This document shows positions 59,300-64,000 of a DNA stretch of 64,000 nucleotides, piece by piece. Both the position numbers and the translations under genes were made by a program. Positions within the stretch are counted from its first letter, which is position 1; every line of letters starts with the position of its first letter. This DNA is from Promethearchaeota archaeon (GTDB taxonomy: Archaea > Asgardarchaeota > Lokiarchaeia > Sigyniarchaeales > SOKP01): the NCBI GenBank assembly GCA_011364975.1, contig RDOE01000001.1, positions 48,707 to 112,706 on the forward strand. The letters run 5' to 3'. A model generated the notes under the pieces. That model was not told the DNA's origin. It did not search any database and worked only from the letters and a program-made list of their open reading frames with translations.

Positions 59300-61888
59300 T
59301 TAACCTCCACTGGGAAAAAAGTATAATTTGGACTCAATACAAGATGTCGGAAAATTAGAAAAAGTATTAGTAAAATACTGGTAGTGATATTTACCCTGAA
59401 GGAAAAGATCTTCAAGTTGATCAGAATAATGTTTTGAATTAGAAAGGCCTCTTTGACCGGAAGGAATTACACTTAAACTATTATTCAGATTACTAAAATC
59501 AATTATCATTCGCTCAGAAGCGCCTCCTGTAGCATAACCTATTCCTGATCTAATATTTACACGTGATGGATTAACTGTAAATCCCTCTCCATCTGCTTCA
59601 TAAGGACCTTTACTTAATGAATCTAATCCAGTCAATGATGGATAGTAAAGCTGATGGAAATCACCCCATCTCCATTTCATGATATCTTCAGAACCATAGA
59701 AGTCTTCTAACCAATTTATAGTCGCATTAAAGGCTGTAAGCATTGTTTCATTTCTCGTTTCCGTAATTAAAGGAGTTGAGACATTGTCGAACCAATGAGA
59801 ATCTGGGTTTTCTTTCATAAGATATTCTAATATTACTGTTTGTGGTCTCATAGGGAAATTATAAAACCCTATTTCATCATTGAAAGTATAATCTTCAAAA
59901 AAGTCTCTCCATTTACGATATATTAGAGGAGCTGCATCATCTTTATCCATTATGAACCCCCAGTTTTCTAATTCATTCAACACATTACTTATTTTAGTAG
60001 GAGGTGTAATTCCATAGTAGTTTTTAATCACTTCAATTAGATCAGGGATAAATGCCTTTGCTGCGGTAGAATTTACATCATTTTGGAATAGGATCATAGT
60101 ATCTATATTAATCGTGCCATCTGGAGCATTATTAAGTAATTCATTTATTCTTCTTGCTCGATAACCATTAACATATTCATTTTGAAGAAAAAATTTAACG
60201 TATTCAGGTCCAGCAACCAATTGATTTGCAGAAGCTAAATAACTTTGCGCTGGATTTACGGAGCTAGGTAATTCAGCAAAAGGAACATATCCAATCCATT
60301 CTCCTTCTCCGTTTGAAGCATTATATGGAATAGAACCATTACCAGGATGCCAAATTGGTATATTAGAGTCATCTCTAATAGGGACTTTACCTGTTGGTCT
60401 AATTGCAATATTTCCATAAATATCTCCATACACTATATTTTGAGCAAGCGTTGTCCAATATTTAGACGCTTCATTAAAGTCATTTCGATTTTGAGCTCGA
60501 TCAAATCCATTACCAGCTATGAAATTGAAAAATAAATCGTTAGCAGTCCATTTTGAAGCTATTATAATATCTCCTAGAGAGGTTGGTAAACCAAAACTAC
60601 GCAAATCACTAAGGACTGGACCATGGACAGTTTTTCTAATCGTAAATTCTTCTGGTTCTTTATTCTTTATTTTAATAATAAAGTTTTCATATGTATATGC
60701 TGTTGATGTTTTATTATAAATATAGTGGTCTTCACCATCAATATTATAATAATACCAATCAAGAACATCGTATCCCGTGTTTGTAAAACCCCAACCTACA
60801 TAATCATTATGACCAACTGCAATCAATGGCATTCCCGGTATAATATATCCATAAATATGAAGTCCTGTATCTTCCGCTTTAAGATGTTGCTCATACCACA
60901 CACCCGGCATTAACCAAGCAAGATGCATATCATTACAAAGAATTGGAGCTCCAGTATTGCTCTTTGATCCATTAACAACCCAATTATTAGAACCAATTAT
61001 TTCATTTTTTTGGTTTTCGATTTTATCCTTTTCAGAATCAATTTGTTGAAGTCCATTTAAGAATTTCGATATTTCAGTCTTTAAATTATTAGTGGATTTA
61101 AAAGAGGTACCTGCTTTCATAGGGCTCTCGGGATACGTACCATAATCTGGAACTATAGGTATTTGGTATGGTAAGGGAAGTGAAAATAATTCATTATAAT
61201 ATGTATTGTTTAACGCTTCTAAAGATAAATATCTGTAAAAATCATTATAATTCCATGTCATTTGCCTTGCCATTTCTTGTGCTATACATAGAGAATCAAC
61301 AGTTGACCACGTTGTAGGTTCAAAATTTAATAAATAATATTCCAAAGGTTTAGTATCTTTATGGGTATTTATATAATGATTAATTCCGTCTACATATCTC
61401 TCAAAATTCGGATAAAACTCCATAGTACCATTATTATACATCTCTTTTAAGGCTTCATCAGTCTTCATTGCCCATTCTTCCATTCCCATCGCAAGAGCAA
61501 ACTTATCATTAGCCAACATACTCTCACCTAATATTTCAGATAATTTTCCTCTTACTTGACGTCTCCACATATCCATTTGGAAAAGTCTGTCTTGAGCATG
61601 GCAATAACCTTGAGCAAAGAACATATCGGCTTCATATTCTGCAAAAATATGGGGTACGCCCCATTCATCTCGTATTACAGATACTTCTCCTGACAATCCA
61701 GGGATATTCAATCGTTCTGCAGACGGATGTTCTCCTGGTACTTTCCAAACACCATTTCCGGGAAATAAAAGATTCCCTAATGGTGGAATACCTAATAAGG
61801 GTATAGAGAATATTGCTAGAAATACAATTGTTATTACAATAAAAGAAGATAATTGTATAATCATTTTTTTTTCTGATTTCTTCATCAT
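59300..61888 (-). CDS. Penicillin acylase family (S45 Ntn hydrolase), membrane-anchored
   Basis: RDEWGVPHI, AQDRLFQMD, catalytic GSNNW, NDMHL, SANQ, PSGQ. Confidence 0.93.
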   Translation of the reverse strand: MMKKSEKKMIIQLSSFIVITIVFLAIFSIPLLGIPPLGNLLFPGNGVWKVPGEHPSAERLNIPGLSGEVSVIRDEWGVPHIFAEYEADMFFAQGYCHAQDRLFQMDMWRRQVRGKLSEILGESMLANDKFALAMGMEEWAMKTDEALKEMYNNGTMEFYPNFERYVDGINHYINTHKDTKPLEYYLLNFEPTTWSTVDSLCIAQEMARQMTWNYNDFYRYLSLEALNNTYYNELFSLPLPYQIPIVPDYGTYPESPMKAGTSFKSTNNLKTEISKFLNGLQQIDSEKDKIENQKNEIIGSNNWVVNGSKSNTGAPILCNDMHLAWLMPGVWYEQHLKAEDTGLHIYGYIIPGMPLIAVGHNDYVGWGFTNTGYDVLDWYYYNIDGEDHYIYNKTSTAYTYENFIIKIKNKEPEEFTIRKTVHGPVLSDLRSFGLPTSLGDIIIASKWTANDLFFNFIAGNGFDRAQNRNDFNEASKYWTTLAQNIVYGDIYGNIAIRPTGKVPIRDDSNIPIWHPGNGSIPYNASNGEGEWIGYVPFAELPSSVNPAQSYLASANQLVAGPEYVKFFLQNEYVNGYRARRINELLNNAPDGTINIDTMILFQNDVNSTAAKAFIPDLIEVIKNYYGITPPTKISNVLNELENWGFIMDKDDAAPLIYRKWRDFFEDYTFNDEIGFYNFPMRPQTVILEYLMKENPDSHWFDNVSTPLITETRNETMLTAFNATINWLEDFYGSEDIMKWRWGDFHQLYYPSLTGLDSLSKGPYEADGEGFTVNPSRVNIRSGIGYATGGASERMIIDFSNLNNSLSVIPSGQRGLSNSKHYSDQLEDLFLQGKYHYQYFTNTFSNFPTSCIESKLYFFPSGG

Positions 61889-62126
61889 ACAACCTATTTT
61901 TTTTAATTTAAATTTTTTAAATCTAGCTTAATATAAATTGTTAAATCATGTTATATAAAACATTCATCTTTAGATAAAAAATTAGCCAGAATTCCTTTAA
62001 AATAAAACAGTTACAAAATAATTATAAATACTTTGAGAAGAATATAAATACATAACTTTATATTCAAAAAATTAAAATTAGGAAGTCTTTTAATAAAAAA
62101 AATTAAAAAAAGTAGTGAAATTAAAC

Positions 62127-62846
62127 ATGGCTATACCCACACATTTAACATTTTGGTTAGAAGGATTAACAGCTTCAAGTGTAATATTAGTTGCAGTGAT
62201 TCTCGGATTAATCTCTCTTTTTAAGTCAAAAAAATTAGGAGCAAAGCTTTTAACTTATTTAGGATTGACAATATTCTTTATTGGTCTTTTATATTTAGGT
62301 CCATTTACAGACTTCTTATTAGTTTTAATAACTAGCTCTAATATAAATGTCCCTCCTTTTGGAATAGCTTTTTATGGAATTTTAAGTTATTTATGGATAG
62401 CTCCAGCAATAATTTTAGCCATGTATATTGGAGGAGAGTTATTAATTCCTAAAAGAAAATGGATACTGATAATAATTTATAGTATCTTGGCAGTAGTGTT
62501 TGAATGGTTCTTATGGACAGATACCGCAAATACATTTCAATTCGATTTACCCACTCCAGGAGAAGAAATTATTGATTCAAACTTTAATAGAACATCTCCA
62601 GCATTCTTACTTATGGTTATATTTATTGCATCTATCATTGTTTTTCATGGAATTGGATTTATAAGTAAAAGTATAAAATCAACAGGTGTAATCAAGAAGA
62701 AATTCTTACTATTGGGGATTGGATTTTTAGTTTTTAGTATAGCTGGTGCTGGTGATTCTTTAGTTAATCCAGATATTACTCTAGTTATTGTTAGATTAGG
62801 TATGATTAGCAGTATCATCTTAATGTATTATGGATTAAAGACTTAA
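62127..62846 (+). CDS. Stand-alone seven-TM membrane protein
   Basis: About seven hydrophobic segments and no cytoplasmic output domain. Confidence 0.75.
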   Translation: MAIPTHLTFWLEGLTASSVILVAVILGLISLFKSKKLGAKLLTYLGLTIFFIGLLYLGPFTDFLLVLITSSNINVPPFGIAFYGILSYLWIAPAIILAMYIGGELLIPKRKWILIIIYSILAVVFEWFLWTDTANTFQFDLPTPGEEIIDSNFNRTSPAFLLMVIFIASIIVFHGIGFISKSIKSTGVIKKKFLLLGIGFLVFSIAGAGDSLVNPDITLVIVRLGMISSIILMYYGLKT

Positions 62847-62881
62847 TCGATAATAAAGAGTTATTAAAAAATTCAATTTTT

Positions 62882-64000
62882 TTATTTTATATTTATTTCT
62901 TGAATGTAATCAAAGATAATATCAATTCTATCTTTAATGCTACCTACTAAACCTTCTTCTTCAGAAACGATTGAATTAATTGCGGTTTTTAATCCATAAT
63001 GACCCTCAGAAATTAAAACCCTAATTGGGAGAGTAAGAATATCACTAATTAGCATCAAGAATTCTTGTATTATCTTTATAATCTTTGGAAAATTCTCTTC
63101 TGTTTTTTCTATTATAGTTTGATCAGAAGACACTAATTTATCTTCTTTTTCCCTTCTTAATTCCTCCCAAACGTTATCTTTAAGTTCCGAAAAATCGATA
63201 CCAAGATTCTCCAAAGCCATCTGGGCACCCTCAAAAATGAAGTTTATATCATCTTTTCCAGTAAATTGTTTTATATTTTCAACCATCTCTATTGGCGCTA
63301 ATCCATCAAGAAAACTGATTAATAACTGATGATAATCATTAATAACGTCGATTGGGATGAAAAGAAAAGCAAAATCTTTTAATTGTTTGAAAATGTATCC
63401 GGCAACTTTTGCTAAAGTATCATTCTGTAAGATCTTCCCCAGTATACCGCCATATTCATTAAGAAGGTGAATTCCTAAAAATCCTATAATCCTTATCATA
63501 TCATCTTCATAATTTCTGAAGTAATCAAAAAAGTGCTCTGGTTCCATGTTTAATTTTTCCTCGATAAGAGTTCTTACTCTATCCTTCACAGATTCTAAAG
63601 GTTCATCAAGTAATTCTTCAATTTTATCTAAGGATAAAACTTCCTGAATTTTATCAATAAAATCTAATTTTTCTTCTTTAGGTATCTCTTCTTCTATGGC
63701 CTCTTCAAAAAGAACATCTGATCTTATATTTTGTCGAATTGGTTTAGAGGTTATATCTTTCCATTCTGATGTTTCATATATCTTGCAAGCAAATTGAAGG
63801 CAATCTCCTCCTTTAGCAATGCATTTTTTCTCAATAATATTAATACGATAATCATTCCTTTTGATTTTAAGAATAAAATTAGCAACACTCTCTAACATCC
63901 CAGTTAGTCCACATGCTAAGCCTTCTGAGTTTTTTGATTTTACTTTTTCAAAATTAAATGTATCTTCTTTGTCCAATCCATAACCCGCACAAATAGGACA
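62882..64000 (-). CDS. V4R-like domain protein, 5'-truncated by the window edge
   Basis: Frame stays open to 64000 (CPICAGYGLDKEDT); ACGLTGMLES..IIEKKCIAKGGDCLQF is a V4R-type signature. Confidence 0.75.
   Translation of the reverse strand, partial: CPICAGYGLDKEDTFNFEKVKSKNSEGLACGLTGMLESVANFILKIKRNDYRINIIEKKCIAKGGDCLQFACKIYETSEWKDITSKPIRQNIRSDVLFEEAIEEEIPKEEKLDFIDKIQEVLSLDKIEELLDEPLESVKDRVRTLIEEKLNMEPEHFFDYFRNYEDDMIRIIGFLGIHLLNEYGGILGKILQNDTLAKVAGYIFKQLKDFAFLFIPIDVINDYHQLLISFLDGLAPIEMVENIKQFTGKDDINFIFEGAQMALENLGIDFSELKDNVWEELRREKEDKLVSSDQTIIEKTEENFPKIIKIIQEFLMLISDILTLPIRVLISEGHYGLKTAINSIVSEEEGLVGSIKDRIDIIFDYIQEINIK

Noticed and set aside
59296-59415. Long gene overlaps implied by the ORF track (also 11165-11193 and 27372-27410)
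   Set aside because: Downstream in-frame starts (59295, 11309, 27459) remove the overlaps; they are longest-ORF artefacts.
1-64000. Mobile element, provirus or defence island, including integration at the tRNA
   Set aside because: No integrase, transposase, capsid or restriction genes recognised, no duplicated tRNA 3' end noticed, and the tRNA is flanked by housekeeping genes.

Overview
AT-rich, gene-dense archaeal chromosome segment, almost certainly from an Asgard archaeon (Lokiarchaeia/Promethearchaeota-like). The assignment rests on archaeal ribosomal genes (eS4, RNase P p29) occurring together with eukaryotic-signature-type proteins: ribophorin I, an OSTC/OST3-like subunit, a roadblock protein, an MglA-type GTPase and a uDENN/longin-like protein. 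From left to right the window holds: part of the S10/spc ribosomal cluster; a ribokinase/cupin pair; a small-GTPase/longin/beta-propeller neighbourhood; a peptidase block; two short RecA/Rad51 paralogues with RNA-modification genes; three tandem HGSNAT-like acyltransferases; an Opp transporter with two binding proteins and two extra genes; a translocon/N-glycosylation cluster around a tRNA-Gln(UUG); MetAP2, a roadblock protein, a penicillin acylase, and a truncated V4R-like gene. I saw no CRISPR array, transposase or provirus. The strongest leads are a DPM2-like membrane protein, a tRNA-Gln with C in place of the near-universal U33, the GTPase/longin/propeller module, a GATase-like + C4HC3 RING protein, a DUF885-SH3 fusion and the augmented Opp system. 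All family calls come from motifs recognised by eye and recalled reference sequences; no database search was run.
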